A stretch of 64,000 nucleotides of DNA. It comes from Eledone cirrhosa. Its lineage: Eukaryota. The translations under genes and the position numbers were made by a program. Under the pieces are notes generated by a model that saw only the letters and a program-made list of their open reading frames with translations, was not told the DNA's origin and ran no database searches. The DNA lies in assembly GCA_964016885.1 (NCBI GenBank), contig OZ024745.1:111228001-111292000 (forward strand). The letters run 5' to 3'. How positions within the stretch are numbered: position 1 is the first letter of the stretch; each line of letters opens with the position of its first letter. Positions 25,670 through 39,164 of the stretch are shown here, piece after piece.

Positions 25670-25751
25670 TATGGATATGTGCCTGTCTGTAAAAATGCTA
25701 TATATATATATATATATATATAGCATTTTTACAGACAGGCACATATCCATA
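25670..25751. repeat. perfect palindrome centred on (TA)n
   Basis: TATGGATATGTGCCTGTCTGTAAAAATGC-(TA)n-GCATTTTTACAGACAGGCACATATCCATA. Confidence 0.95.
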
Positions 25752-26181
25752 AATTCTTTCTATTTGATTAGTTTATCAATATATTAACAGATCTGATTGA
25801 TAATCAATTTGTTATCATGTTGGCCTTTATTTCATGTATGCCTTTTCTTCTCACTCAAAATTAAACTTTGCTAATCTTTACTTGTTTGGTATTTTTCCAA
25901 TATTTTTATTGTATTGTATTGATAATTTACTATATCAGATGACCTATCAGCAAGCAAAATATTAGAACTACAAATATTACACATCCTGCTAGTTCGATTT
26001 CCTTTTGAGAAGAATTCCTATCATTAATATTATTATTATCATTTTACTGGTATCCTGGCATTGACTTGTCTGAGATGTATCTGGATCAATACACCAATAA
26101 TTGTGGTTAAAGAAACTGTGTTCGACGATTTGATTGTAAATTTAATAACCTTTATCCTATAGTAAAGGAAATGCCAAAATC

Positions 26182-26215
<34 letters not shown>

Positions 26216-26689
26216 GTAAAATTTAAAACGTTTAATCCTAGAAAAATAAAATTGTCCACAATTTTATCTAAAGGGTGAAAAGTCATATTGTATTCCATTG
26301 GACACCTTCTGTTCCAAATCTATTGACAAGTTATGGTTTTGTCTTTGTCTTATTTTGTTTTTGTATATATTGCTCTAATGATCTAGTTTACCAAAATTGT
26401 TGGCTTCAATCACATTGCAATTTTCCCTTCCTTCCCCATCTTCATTCTCCATTTCTCTGAGAAATATAATAAGCAACCTAATATGCTTATAGAAGTGAAG
26501 TTCAGGCAGTTCTTACATATTATTTGATCAATAAATTATTTTTTAGTGGGAACCAATTAATTATTAGATTAAGAACTAAGGATCCGAAAGACTAGTTGGC
26601 AATGATAAGTCCTGACATCATCATCAGCAGCATCAGCATCACCACCAGCAGCAACAGCAGTCTCACCATCAATTATACTACCACTGAAC

Positions 26690-27143
26690 TGCATCACAAA
26701 AGCCTTGAAGGCCTTCCTGATGATAAATGCTTCTCCTTCTGGTGTAAGTTCATGATGCACAATGATTCAGTAATCAAAGAAAATTATCAGCATCACCTCA
26801 ATTTTGTTTTACACCCGACATGCTTTTCTGGAACCTTAATAATGTTGGATCCTTCCACTGAGCTTTGGTTTCTGTGTCATACCCATACACCCATGTCTCA
26901 TCTCCAGTTATCACAATATTCAGGAACTCCGGATCCTTGTTGGCATTAAGGGGAGAAATGAAAATGTGACAACTAAATAGTACAGCAACTCACATGTTGG
27001 CTGCCTGACAGCGACTGTTGCAGCCAGAGAGCTCATCAGAAACCATGCTTGTACATGAAGTAATGCAGCTCTTTTGTCTCCCTAGCATCATTATTTCCAC
27101 ACAGGAAAAATAAAGCTGAATACTTTGTTGATAGGCCTCATAT
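26690..27143 (-). mobile_element. decayed Tc1/mariner remnant
   Basis: Minus-strand TA|TGAGGCCTATCAACAAAGTATTC resembles mariner TIR starts and is followed by a decayed coding-like stretch. Confidence 0.5.
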
Positions 27144-28112
27144 ACATAAACGTTGTACAGTTTTCCATCAACTAACTTCACTCACAAAACAGTGGTCAGT
27201 TTTTTATTATTTTCAAAATTAGTTGAAACATATTGGCAATGTTTTTCATGAGATATATGGTAACGAAAGGGTTAGATAAATAATTCCCCTTTAGACATTT
27301 CTTATGAAATTAAAGAATACATTTTCACTCATTGTTTTAAATATGTATATTTTTTTATTTGTTATAATGAAATCGTTCTTAAATATCTAGGTGAAAAATG
27401 TTTCATATTATTTCCATATACAAATTTTTGCTTTCTGTACTTGAATATTTCTATATCAAACATGGAGGCTTGCACATTAAAAAGTATCATTACTAAATCA
27501 TTCATTTAGCAATTATACAATTACTATTTCAATCTATTAGTTTCCTCCCCATTGGTCAGATGTCTTGTGTGATGATTTGCTAATGTATTCCTTTATAAAT
27601 AGAATTTCTTTTTAAAATTACCCTTTGGTGAAAGAATATAGAAGTATTGAGCACATTAGATATATTGGTTTGATGTTTTAAGAGAGTGAACGATGTAGAG
27701 TATCTTTCCCTATAAAATTAGAATACTTTCATAGAAGAAAGAATATAATAATGACAGGTATGGTGACTGGGAAAACTAATGTGAAAATAAGTATTGTCAA
27801 ATTAACTCTATATTATGACATTAAATTGACTAGATATGACATGAATTTTTTTTAAAAGGAAATTTTTTCAAAGAATTATAGTCATGGCATACAATTATCA
27901 GTAAGAATAGAAGAGTAGGGAGAATGTTTATGAATTAGGATATAAAATAAGCAAAGTAAATCCTTTTAACATTGATAACTAACTGAAAGAATAATGGAAG
28001 ATAAAAATACTTTCCAAATATTTAACTTAAATTTTGTAGTGATTACTAAAACTCCAATATAAAAAGAAAGAAATTAGTGTATTGTGAAGAAAGACATATA
28101 CATTAGGCATAT

Positions 28113-28450
28113 TTAAGATGACAGGCACTTCATAATCAATTCTTTGAGACAATTCAAATACCCTTGAATATAGATGGAAGACATTTTATTTGTTGACAAG
28201 TAGTTCAACTGAAAACAGTCATAAAGAATAACTGAATCCATTGCTGTTATTTGAAGCATGGAAAATAGCCCCTGTTTTCTTCTGCAGTGAATACATTTCC
28301 TGTTTGATTTCAGAAAAGAAGTCTCTTTTATTAGTTTTGTCAGTTCCTTCAGATAGTTTGATACTTGCTGAAAGATAGCTTGGCATAAATTCCAAGTTTG
28401 AGATTGAATAGTGGTGTGTAAAATATTGTATGTGTTGCATACATGTAGAT
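28113..28450 (-). CDS. candidate terminal exon of unknown function (111 codons in phase 1)
   Basis: Acceptor CCTTACAG|AT at 28451. Open frame LHVCNTYNILHTTIQSQTWNLCQAIFQQVSNYLKELTKLIKETSFLKSNRKCIHCRRKQG...YLNCLKELIMKCLSS* in very AT-rich DNA. No homology recognised. Confidence 0.3.
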
Positions 28451-30117
28451 CTGTAAGGTTTTAATAAATGTCAGATGTAATAAATATCAAGAAAAATGAG
28501 ATTCAGAAATGAAAAAAATAAGGCAGGTATATAATAAAAAAATATATATATATTAGAAGATATAATTTAGAAGCAAATAGAAAACAATGTTTTATAATTC
28601 AGATGAGACATAAATATAGATAGTGAGGTCACAGAATTTAAACAATATTTCGATAAATATTTTCCATAAAAAATAACCTTTCAGTGATAGAAGTTCTTGA
28701 ATATTTAAATTCAAGATCACTGAGAAATTTATGAAGAAAAATATTTTACATTTTTATCTCTATGAAATTTTTTTTGCTTGGTGTAATAAATTATGTGTAC
28801 TTTGAAGTCCACATAATTTATCTGACATCTTTTTTCTAACATGGCAGTCACTTGACATTCATGTCTCTCTCTCTCTCCATTTTGTTGTTGTTGTTGTTGT
28901 TGTCTGTGCTTCTTTTTCTGCTCCCCTAGAAAAAAAACCTATCTTCTATACTCTCCTGTTAAATGTTATGGTGTTATTGTAATGTATTGTTCTCTGGTGC
29001 TGGTCATTGATTTCAATTGACTTATATTTTATTTTAATAATTCTGATTTGTTAAAAAGAGAAGTTTATTTACCTTATATGAACTTTTGAAAGAATTTATT
29101 AGTCACACAACCTATTATACTTGTTGCGAGTATTCTACGCATTAAGATCACCTATTTTATCAGCTAACCCAGAAAGAGGGTTATAGTTATGAAATCAATG
29201 ATGTTAGACAAAACCTATAATGCTGAATTTACATCAAGGTATCTCCTGTAAATTATTGAACAGACTGAGGCAATGAAAGGTAGAGAGGCCTCTGTGCACC
29301 CAGTATACTCTGTAAAATGGTAGGTAGTACTAGATTCATGATAGATAAAATGCACCCAGTATACTCTATAAAGTATTGGTGCCAATGCCATGATAAAATG
29401 TACTTAAAATTTTCCTCAAAACATTACACACTGTTGTAGTAAGATTTGAAATTGTTTCAAAATATTACTACAGGCATGATTGATAAAATAATAAGTGTAA
29501 CTATTCTATAACATGATTAACTACTAAGTGACATGTCATTTCCTAAGACTGATTGAACTATAACACTATAAACATTTATTTGAATATTAGTACAAATTAA
29601 ATAAAGATAAACTAACTATGAATATGCAAGATAGAACCTTCTTTGGGGTCTTGAGATATGCAATTTTTGTGAGCCTACCCCATGCCTCCCTGAACAGGTC
29701 ACACGCCCATCGCCAGTTGGAGATTGGAGATTGCAATATATTTTTCAAACAGGCTTCTCTACTGAATGTGTCCCTTGAGAAGGATGATGTGGTATAATTC
29801 TTTTTATTACCTCTCTCCATATTGCTGTTTTGGAGGTCGTATTTGCATCAGTCACCAAACTGGTACTTTATCAGACCTGCATTCTCCTCATCATAGCTAC
29901 ATCACTGGGTTGTGAGAGTTTTCTTGAGAGCTAAAGGAAGTTAGAACTGATCCAAAAATAGCCCTTAATACTTTATACATTAATATTTGGTTTAATTAGG
30001 ATATTTGTAAAATGTTTTAGCTTCCAAATTGCATGTTAATAGTAAGCAGGTGTTAGAACCCTCCAAAAAATCAACATTTTGTAATAAACAAATAACAATA
30101 AATCAAATAAACTTTAC

Positions 30118-30123
30118 TTTATT
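30118..30123 (-). promoter_or_regulatory. polyadenylation signal of MRPS16
   Basis: AATAAA about 40 nt after the stop codon, followed by a T/GT-rich downstream tract. Confidence 0.7.
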
Positions 30124-30164
30124 TCATGAACGTTTTGTACAAAACTGATGGGTGATCATAGAAT

Positions 30165-30286
30165 TCAAGAGGAAGTTTCAGATTCTACATTGTCTTTTAT
30201 GGCATTCTTTTCTTTCAGCTCCTTTTTCTGTATGCGTTCTGCTTTAATTACAGATCTTGGATGTATAGGTAAAAAACCACTCAAAC
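30165..30286 (-). CDS. MRPS16: last coding exon of mitochondrial ribosomal protein S16 (bS16m)
   Basis: Strong acceptor (T)nCAG|GT, phase 1. Encodes (G)LSGFLPIHPRSVIKAERIQKKELKEKNAIKDNVESETSS*, matching the MRPS16 C-terminal motif (human, from memory: [24 protein letters not shown]). AATAAA follows. Confidence 0.88.
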
Positions 30287-30559
30287 CTGAAAAAAAAAAA
30301 ATATCCATTTAAACTTTATTTGATATAATAAAACAAAATAAAATAAAAAGTAGCAAAAAGCATTTTACTGTATATTAATTATTTAAAAAAAACAACAATC
30401 CTATCTTACAGCTTTAAATCCTTATTATAAAAGCGAGATGTTATTAGTTTTTCTAAAGTCTAGAATTGTTTTGGATACCTGATGACATATGATATGGTCT
30501 CAAAATCTTGTTTTAGCTCTTCCTTAGTCATGTTGAATTCTATAGATAACGTCTAAGTC

Positions 30560-30790
30560 TGTCTTAAGCCATTTAAGGCTCGTTAGGCCAGTATTTATCC
30601 CGGCTTCATGGCGTGAAGTGACGGAGAGTACAAGACTTCCCCCTGGACAGGACACCAGTCCATCCCAGGGTTAAACCCCCAGCTATTGCTAGTACTCATT
30701 TTCAGCTGCATATACTAGAACAACATGAAATGAAGTGTTTTGCTCAAGAACACAACATGCAACCCAGCCCAGGAATCAAATCCACATTAT
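30560..30790 (-). mobile_element. SINE family 2 (CORE-like plus V-like central domains)
   Basis: Minus strand has TGTTCTTGAGCAAAACACTTCATTTC (CORE-like) and CCTGGGATGGACTGGTGTCCTGTCCAGGGG (V-domain-like). Confidence 0.6.
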
Positions 30791-31583
30791 GATCAACATC
30801 AGCAGTAATTAATTAAAAAGCTTGTATCTTGCAATACGCATCAGTCAATTTTTCCAAATTTTAACTTAGACCCAGTATTCATTTGTCCATTTTGTACATT
30901 TATCAACACAGTCGACTGAGAAACTTAAAACCCAATATTAAAAGAAAATTTTATATGCTACAATTTTTCTTGTGAACAAAAAACATTAGGCAAAGCAGTA
31001 CCTTTTTATTTTATGTTGTTTCATCTAAGTCAAATTAATAGTATTATACATAATTAATATAGATTGTCATTTCAGATGTACTCTTAGAATTGTATCACAG
31101 CCTATGGTAAAGTTGTACGCAAATTTACAAGAAGCAAATTTTGTATAACAACATTTATCATAGAAATTTGTAAAATGCCATCAAGATATCTCTTTGTAAC
31201 CTCTCTCAAGCACATTTTATTAATAATTTTGGATTGCTTTGAGATTGAGATTATTATAAATTAGGTTATTTTAAATTAATTTAAGAATTAAACTCTTCCT
31301 TTTCAAAGAAATCTTCTTCGATTACTAGCATTAAGATTAGAAGCAAAACTGTCATTTGGTATCATTTAACAAAAATCAATATTCTGTTACATTTCTGATT
31401 GTAACAACTACATTCTAGCATCCTTTAAAAGGCAATATTGACAGTATGAGTGGGTGAAAGTTACATATCAATCAGTGATGTAGTTTCATATCAACAGTGA
31501 TTATTGATGACTGTAGGGTCTTCCTTGAAAATAATGTACCACAATGGCAATTGAAATAACATTATATATTTCAAAGTTTAACT

Positions 31584-31812
31584 TTAACCCTTTAGCATTT
31601 AAACCGGCCCTATCCAGCCAGAATTCTCTCACCTCTTTCTGTTCAAACTGACCAAAACTGGCCACTTAAACTGATGTTAAGGTATTGTTCTCAAAATAAA
31701 TAACATCAAAATCTCATAGATTCGATATTATGTGGGATAATTATGTAAGATAAAGCCTTTACCATGAAAATATAATAGTAAATATAGAGTAATGTAAATG
31801 CTAAAGGGTTAA
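31584..31812. mobile_element. family A MITE, full length
   Basis: TTAA CCCTTTAGCATTTA ... TAAATGCTAAAGGG TTAA. Confidence 0.9.
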
Positions 31813-31929
31813 TGTAGCTCAAAGCTTACAGAATGCCAACATAGTAGAACACTCTGCTCAAAAGGATTTATTTTATTTGGTTCTTTTTATTTAAAAATAA
31901 TGTAATTTTAATAATTTGTTCTGGTGAAA

Positions 31930-32290
31930 GATGTGGGGATTTTGGGGATTTTTTTACTTAGTAGGTCTGGGGGAAAGGGCAGTGTCTATGGTCTTCACAA
32001 GCTCTCCAAGGAGGCCAGAGAGATTGATGCCATTGATATTCCATTTAAAATACTGCAAGTCCACTTCTTTTGGAAAAAACATGAGCAAGGAGAGATTACG
32101 AGAAAGTCAACATTCTGGGCTGGAAGGACTGGGTATAGTGGTTAAAAGTGGGTTTGGAATGCCTGAGTGGAGGTAACATGAGACAAGCAAGCTTCAGAGA
32201 GCAAAGACCATTGTAAAAACAGTAGAAGGGACAGAGTGAGGAGACATCATGTCTAGGAAACATTGGTTTTGCCTACTCTACTGACTAGAA
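31930..32290 (-). mobile_element. decayed CR1/L2-group LINE 3' fragment
   Basis: Minus strand RHDVSSLCPFYCFYNGLCSLKLACLMLPP resembles RR.VASL.LFYRYY.G.CS.EL..L.P. Confidence 0.55.
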
Positions 32291-32707
32291 ATCTGAAAAG
32301 AAACACACAATACTGTTGACAAACGAGTTAGTTATGGAATTATTATTTAATTAGTTGTATTTTCACGAAACTGGTATTTGGTCTTCTAATTTTTACTTGA
32401 CTAACAAAAAAAATATATTAATGAATAAATAAATAAATAAACAAATAAATAACAACAGAACTCAGTTTCACAGAAAATTTTGAAAATAATTGTCTCTAAC
32501 TAGTCATGAAATTATATCGATTCTCTTTGTTTTCTTACCCAAGGTGCACAAACAGAAAAGCAGCAAATTAAACAGAGAGAGAAACACTTTCACATTGTAT
32601 GTTTGTTGAGAGTGGACAGTGTTTTGTCAGGTAGGGGGCATTCTCATAGTCTCTAATAGAATGAGTAATAGAATAAAGTGTATATAGGCTGTTGATGTAC
32701 TTCAGAT

Positions 32708-34295
32708 TGGTGATGGTGGTGGTGGTGGTGGTGGTGGTGGGGGTGGTGATGATGGTGACGGGTTGATGGTGGTGGTGATGGTAGGATTGATGATGGTGGT
32801 GGTAGTGATGGTGGTGATGGTGTTGGTTATGGTGGTGATGGTGTTGGAGTTGCTGGTGGTTATGGTGGTGATGGTGTTGGAGTTGCTGGTGGTTATGGTG
32901 GTGATGGTGTTGGAGTTGCTGGTGGTTATGGTGGTGATGGTGGTGGAGTTGCTGGTGGTTATGGTGGTGATGGTGTTGGAGTTGCTGGTGGTGATGGTGG
33001 AGTTGCTGGTGGTTATGGTGGTGATGGTGTTGGAGTTGCTGGTGGTGATGGTGGTGGAGTTGCTGGTGGTTATGGTGGAGTTGCTGTTGGAGTTGCTGGT
33101 GGTTATGGTGGTGATGGTGGAGTTGCTGGTGGTTATGGTGGTGATGGTGGTGGAGTTGCTGGTGGTGATGGTGGAGTTGCTGGTGGTTATGGTGGTGATG
33201 GTGGAGTCGATGGTGGTAGGGTTGGTGGTGTTGTTGGTGATGGTGTTGTTGCTGGTAGTGATGGGGAGTTCATGGTATTGGTGGTAGTGATGATGGAGTT
33301 TGTGGTGATGGTTGTGATGATGAGGTTGGTGGTAGTGGAGCTGGTGGTGGTGGTGGTGGTGGTTGTGGTCATGATGATGGTGTTGGATGTAGTGGAGGTG
33401 GTGGTGGTGGTCATCATCATTGTCGTCGTGATGATGGGGTTGGTGGTGGTGGCAATGGTTGTGTTGGTGTTCGGAAAGGTGCAGTTGTTGGTGATGGTGG
33501 TAGGGTTGATGGTGGAGTTGGTGATGGTGGTAGGGTTGATGGTGGAGTTGGTGATGGTGCTGGTAGGGTTGATGGTGGAGTTGGTGATGGTGGTAGGGTT
33601 GATGGTGGAGTTGGTGATGGTGCTGGTAGGGTCGATGGTGGAGTTGGTGATGGTGGTAGGGTTGATGGTGGAGTTGGTGATGGTGGTAGGGTTGATGGTG
33701 GAGTTGGTGATGGTGGTAGGGTTGATGGTGGAGTTGGTGATGGTGGTAGGGTTGATGGTGGTGGTGCAAGCATCATTTAATTTTATTGGTTGTTTTGCTT
33801 GAGATGGTTTAGTGGTGATGTTATGGTGGGGATCCTAGTGCAACACTGGCTCTAGTTAATGATTGATGGGACTTGTCCTTACACCAGGTCAATGATGATG
33901 ATGATGATGGTGGTTATTATGACAGTGGTGGTGGTGGGGTTGATGATAATAATGATGATGATGATGATGATGATGACAGTGGTGGTGGTGGGGATGATGA
34001 TGATGATGATGATGATGATTATGACAGTGGTGGTGGTGGTGGGGTTGATGATGATGGTTGGGGTGATGGTGGTGGGGATGATGAGGGGGTGATGATGATG
34101 GTGGTGATAGTGGTGGTATGGATGATGATGACGGTAGTGGTGGTGGTGCTGGTGGTGGTGGTGGTGGTTGTGGGGATGATGGTGATGGTGGTGGTGGTGG
34201 TGGTGATGGTCATGATGATGATGACGGTGGTGGTGGTGGTGCTGCTGGTGGTGATAGTGGTTGTGGGGATGATGGTGATGGTGGTGGTGATCGTC

Positions 34296-34327
<32 letters not shown>

Positions 34328-34540
34328 GATGGTCATGATGATGATGATGGTGGTGGTGATGATGATGGTGGTGGCAGGGATGATGATGATGAGGGGAATG
34401 ATGATAGCAATGATGCTGATGATGATGGTAGTGATGGCGGTTGGAATGATAATGATGTGGAAGGGGTGATGATGGTGATGATGATGATAGTGGTGGTGAT
34501 GAAGTGGGGGAGGAGGTGATGATGATGAAGAAGATGACGA
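32708..34540. repeat. 1.8-kb compound trinucleotide (GGT/GAT) repeat with higher-order units
   Basis: Units such as GGTGATGGTGTTGGAGTTGCTGGTGGTTATGGT and GGTGATGGTGGTAGGGTTGATGGTGGAGTT. Confidence 0.95.
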
Positions 34541-34662
34541 CATTGCTGCAACTGGTGGATAGCATTTATTAGTTTGTGCTGCCATTGTTGATGTGAGCAG
34601 GGAGTATTTTTGTGGTTACTGTTGTTGTTGTTGTTGCTATATATGCTGATAGTGATGATTAT

Positions 34663-35158
34663 GGATTGGCAGTATCGGTAGAGGGTTGGATGCCATGCTT
34701 TGTATTGCAGCATAGAGTTATGGCCCTTTACAGTTTGAATTCAAATCCCACCGAGGTTAACTTTGCCTTTCATCCTCACGGGGGTCGATAAAATAAAGTA
34801 CCAGTTACATACTGGGGGTCGATTTAATCGACTTTCCCCTTCCCCAGAATTGCTGGCCTTGTGCCTATATAAGAAACCATTATGACCCAGTGAAGTACCA
34901 GTAATGCACTGGGTAATTGCTGGCCTGGTGCCTAAAGTAGAAACAATTATTATTATTATTATTATTATTATGTGGATTGGCAGTATTGGTAGAGGGTCGG
35001 ACGCCATGCTTTGATCCATAGAGTTACGGCCCTTTCCAATCTGAGTTCAAATCCCGCCGAGGTTAACTTTGCCTTTCATCCTTACGGGGTCGTTAAAATA
35101 AAGTACCAGTAATACACTGAGGTAATTGCTGGCCTTGTGCCAAAAGTAGAAACAATTA
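34663..35158 (+). mobile_element. cluster of SINE family 1 copies
   Basis: 34663-34880 (long variant), about 34895-34950 (3' fragment) and 34972-35158 (short variant), with A/B boxes and (ATT)n tails. Confidence 0.88.
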
Positions 35159-36249
35159 TCATTATTATTATTATTATGATGATGATGATGATGATAATGA
35201 TTTTTTATATATATAATTTTTTTTTTAACATTTGCACCGCCCTGTACTGTCCTCTGCTGTCCTTAATGTTATACTTTCTATCAACCCTTGTGGTTAATAA
35301 AGAAAGCATTATTGTTGTTGTTGTTGTTGTTGTGGTGGTGGTGGTGATGATGATGATGATGGTGATGCCAGGATTTATCATTGATGACTAATCTTTTGGA
35401 TCCTTAGTTACTAATCTCTGAGTGTTTCACAGTATAAATAATACCCTACCCTACCTTACCCAACAGAATGAAAAGCTTGAATACTTTGACTTTTCAAAAA
35501 CCTGGCCTGGAAATATTGATACACACTCACTGCTTATTGTTTTAGTTTATCTAGAATACCAATCAGCTGCGAGAATGAATTGAAAATCTTTTTTTCTTTT
35601 TTGTGTTTTAGTTGTGTTTTGTTTTTTCGCATGTTCGTTGATAACACAAAAGCTATTGGTATATTGCTGCAAACCAAATGAGATGCTAATTTTTATTATT
35701 ATTATTTTTTTTTTCTCTCTTAAATTCTCTTTTAACTCTTAATGTCCTATACCACATCAAGCTGCATTATACCAAGACATTCTTGAAAAGTATTACACAG
35801 CATCATGACTGCATCATCTAATACTGCAAGTTTTCGCAATGATCTGTCCACAATAAACAATTGAATTAACAAGCCTATTTTTAAGATATTTTCTTCTAAA
35901 TCATTGTATGTCTGTGTGTATCAGAGTCATAACTCCTGATAGAGTCATAGAGACACTGACCTTCAAGATATATGACATGTGCATTTTAAACTTGGTAGAG
36001 GTCACCCCCTCTCCAGGTTGGAACACAGCTGATTTCTTCTAGAGAAGGGAGGGAGAGAGAGAGAGGAATAGGAGGAGAGATAGAGAGAAAATCGATCCCA
36101 GTACTGAACAAGTATTTTTTTTTAATGAACCTTGAAAGAATGAAAGGCAAGAAGTTAATAAAATAGTTTCATACACTTTAAGATATCAGTAACTCATTCC
36201 AAGTGTGACAGCTCTTACTGAGTAATGAGCTCCAGGTCAACTTTTGCAC

Positions 36250-36660
36250 CTGTTAACATTTTGTACTCTTTTAGGAAGATGCTGCTAACTTCAATTCAGA
36301 AGAGTTTGACACCATCAAGGTGACATCATCCTCATATACCGATGCAGCTCTTCCATGCCCCCTGGTTCAAGTGGGCTGCACTTTCAACAGGTCCAGTGTC
36401 TGTAGTAGTGGCTTGAGACTCAGCACATACAAAAGGGAGGAGAGAAGTACTCTTGATAGACTGAGCACATGATCTGAAATGGTCCTCATCTGTGGCCATT
36501 TACTCCAACTATTGACCAGATGTTGCTGTGCACTGAAGTGATCAAGCCTCTGAAGATGGAACCAAACCAGGCTGCCATGAGCACAGCTTACAAGTACCTT
36601 ATTGAAAGCTTTTGATTCATCCAAATTTATCAGCACCCCACCAAAGCTTGGTTTACTCCA
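36250..36660 (-). mobile_element. decayed L1/Tx1-type reverse transcriptase fragment
   Basis: LINLDESKAFNKV (D..KAFD.V), LSSLLYVLSLKPLL (PLSPLLY.L.LEPL) and SVYEDDVT (YADD). Confidence 0.75.
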
Positions 36661-36937
36661 TTGTTACAGGGCTAGACTTTCACCTGCTGAAGCCTTAAGC
36701 TATATGAAATTTGAGGCCCTTCTTTAAAAAAAATTTAGATAAAATTTTTTTTAAATAATTACACATAATTATTATTTATTGGTGTCATTACTACAATAAT
36801 AATTATATTTTATATTAATCTTAATAATGATAAAGAATAAAGAATAATTATGTGTAATAAATTAAAATATTTTATCTAAATTTTATATATATGTGTAAGC
36901 TATAGTTATTTAGCTTATAGTTAAGTCCAGCACTGTC

Positions 36938-37010
36938 TTTAAACCAAGTATTTTGGATTTTAGGATTTAAACCAAGTATTTTGGATTTTAGGATTTAAAC
37001 CAAGTATTTT
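36938..37010. repeat. short tandem repeat, about 28-bp unit
   Basis: TTTAAACCAAGTATTTTGGATTTTAGGA repeated about 2.6 times. Confidence 0.9.
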
Positions 37011-37039
37011 GTTCAATACTCTACTTTGAATAATAATAA

Positions 37040-37155
37040 TAATTGTTTCTACTTTTGGCACAAGGCCAGCAATTACCCAGTACATTACTGGTACTTTATT
37101 AAATCGACCCCCGTAAAGATGAAAGGCAAAGTGAAATTTGGCGGGATTTGAACTA
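37040..37155 (-). mobile_element. 5'-truncated SINE family 1
   Basis: Core to B box. Confidence 0.8.
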
Positions 37156-38290
37156 AAAAATTTGGTAATTTTTTTTAAAGTTTGAAAAATACATATATTT
37201 GATAATTCAAGGAACTTCAAAACACATCATCATAGTGTTTGGGAACAAAATTTTAATTTAAATTAATTTTACATATTTCGACCCAGTGTTTGATCTCTGA
37301 TGATTTTAAAGAAATATTTTAATTATTGTTCTAAAGCTTGATAGCTAGTTGTTGTTTTATTTTATTTAATGATAACTATATTCTACTTGATTAGGTTGAT
37401 TTACGCCTCATTTACAATGTCAATATTTTTCTATCAGAAATCCAAAAGCAGTTAAAGAAAGGCTGAAACAGATGTAATTCCAAGAACATGACCCAAACAA
37501 TGTTTAAAAACAAGCCTTCAACAATGCAAATTCTTTACTTTGTTTCTACTTTCTAATCTACTTTTAATTTACCATAACCCTCTTGTAGTGGTCTCACATC
37601 CATAACAGCAAAACTTACATCCCAAAGACTAATATTTTTATTCATAGCCATAAATTACTATTGATTCTTTCTCTACTTATCTCAAGTGAAATCCACAATG
37701 GCATGCTATTCTCATATCTGGTATAGTGCTACCACTAATACACACACTAAAGAAAAATAATAAAATCAGACAAAAATCATCAAGCAGATTGGTCAAACTG
37801 ACAGATTATCTCTTCTCTCTGTATCCTTTCCTCTCCTACAATGGCTTTTGCTCCTCTGAACTAGCTAAGAGTATGCTACCTTTATCTAAGCTCATCTGAT
37901 ATCTGCCCCTTTTTATCTATTTTTTGTCTAATCTCAAATCCCATTCTTTCTTTCCTATAATGTCAAGCATCTTGAAGTAACATAGCATCTTGTTGTCTCT
38001 GGGAAAATAGTAAAGTACAGTAGTGTTTAACATGTACCCAAAACTGAGCTTGTTCTCACTTTTTTCATATTTAATGATTAGCTAGAAGTGCTGAAACCAA
38101 AATTCTTTGCTCTGGTCTGGTTTTACCAGAATATATATATTGCCAGAAATATATAATAAAACACACTGTTTGGTTTGGGTTGGTTTTTGCTTCCGTATAT
38201 TTTATATCCCTATAGTTAATATATTTGTTTCAACACATGATTTCATATCAAAAACATTGAAAAACAAATTCACCGCCATCACAGCATAAG

Positions 38291-38361
<71 letters not shown>

Positions 38362-39164
38362 ATATACATACACACATTATATATATATGTTTAATTAACT
38401 GTAATTCCTGGTGAGTTGAAAAACAAAGAATAACTGGAAAGTAACTGAAGTGGGAGAGAAGATGAGAAAACAGATCAAAAATTATAGTTAGTGGTCAACA
38501 GAAACAATCAATGCAGCAGTTTATTGAAGCACACAGCATGCCAGCAGCTATTACGCTACATTATTTGTTCTCACTCCTCCTACTTAGTTGCCTTCTCCTC
38601 TCAGATTAGGTTTACATTAAACAGGGGAACAGGCAATGAAACAGGTCATGTCACAGAACTGCTTTGCCATATGCATGCCAATAATAAGCAACAGAAATTA
38701 AAACCTACAATTTTTTTTTTAATTTCTGATCAACAGTAGCAACAATAATGGTGAAAACCCAATTAAACAAGAACTTATTGATCCAATATTCCTGACAAAT
38801 TTTCAATCCACTATATTAAGGTCTATTCTTTCTTCTCTTCTCAGAATTACTTTTTCTCTGGAATTCACTTCCTGCCAATTTAATGTCATCAATTAATAAC
38901 TGTGAACACTTCAAATGAATAAGCGAACAAGTTAGCTTCTCTACAAGCCACTCAATTTGCTATTTAGAAGTCAAACAATTCCCTTTTTGAAATGCTGGAG
39001 GTCATATACCTAGTCATAATTCATCACAGGTGAAATTACTATAATTGCACAGAAAATATTGCACACTAACATTCTTTGAATAATTGTACATAATTACTGC
39101 CATTTAATTAGCAACTGAAAAATATGTTTGATTGTGACCACAATGATGATGATGATGAATTATT

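Noticed and set aside
32702-33769. 355-aa His/Thr-rich ORF and overlapping Val/Met/Gly-Asp ORFs
   Set aside because: They arise from triplet repeats lacking stops in several frames; no unique coding sequence or convincing splice sites.
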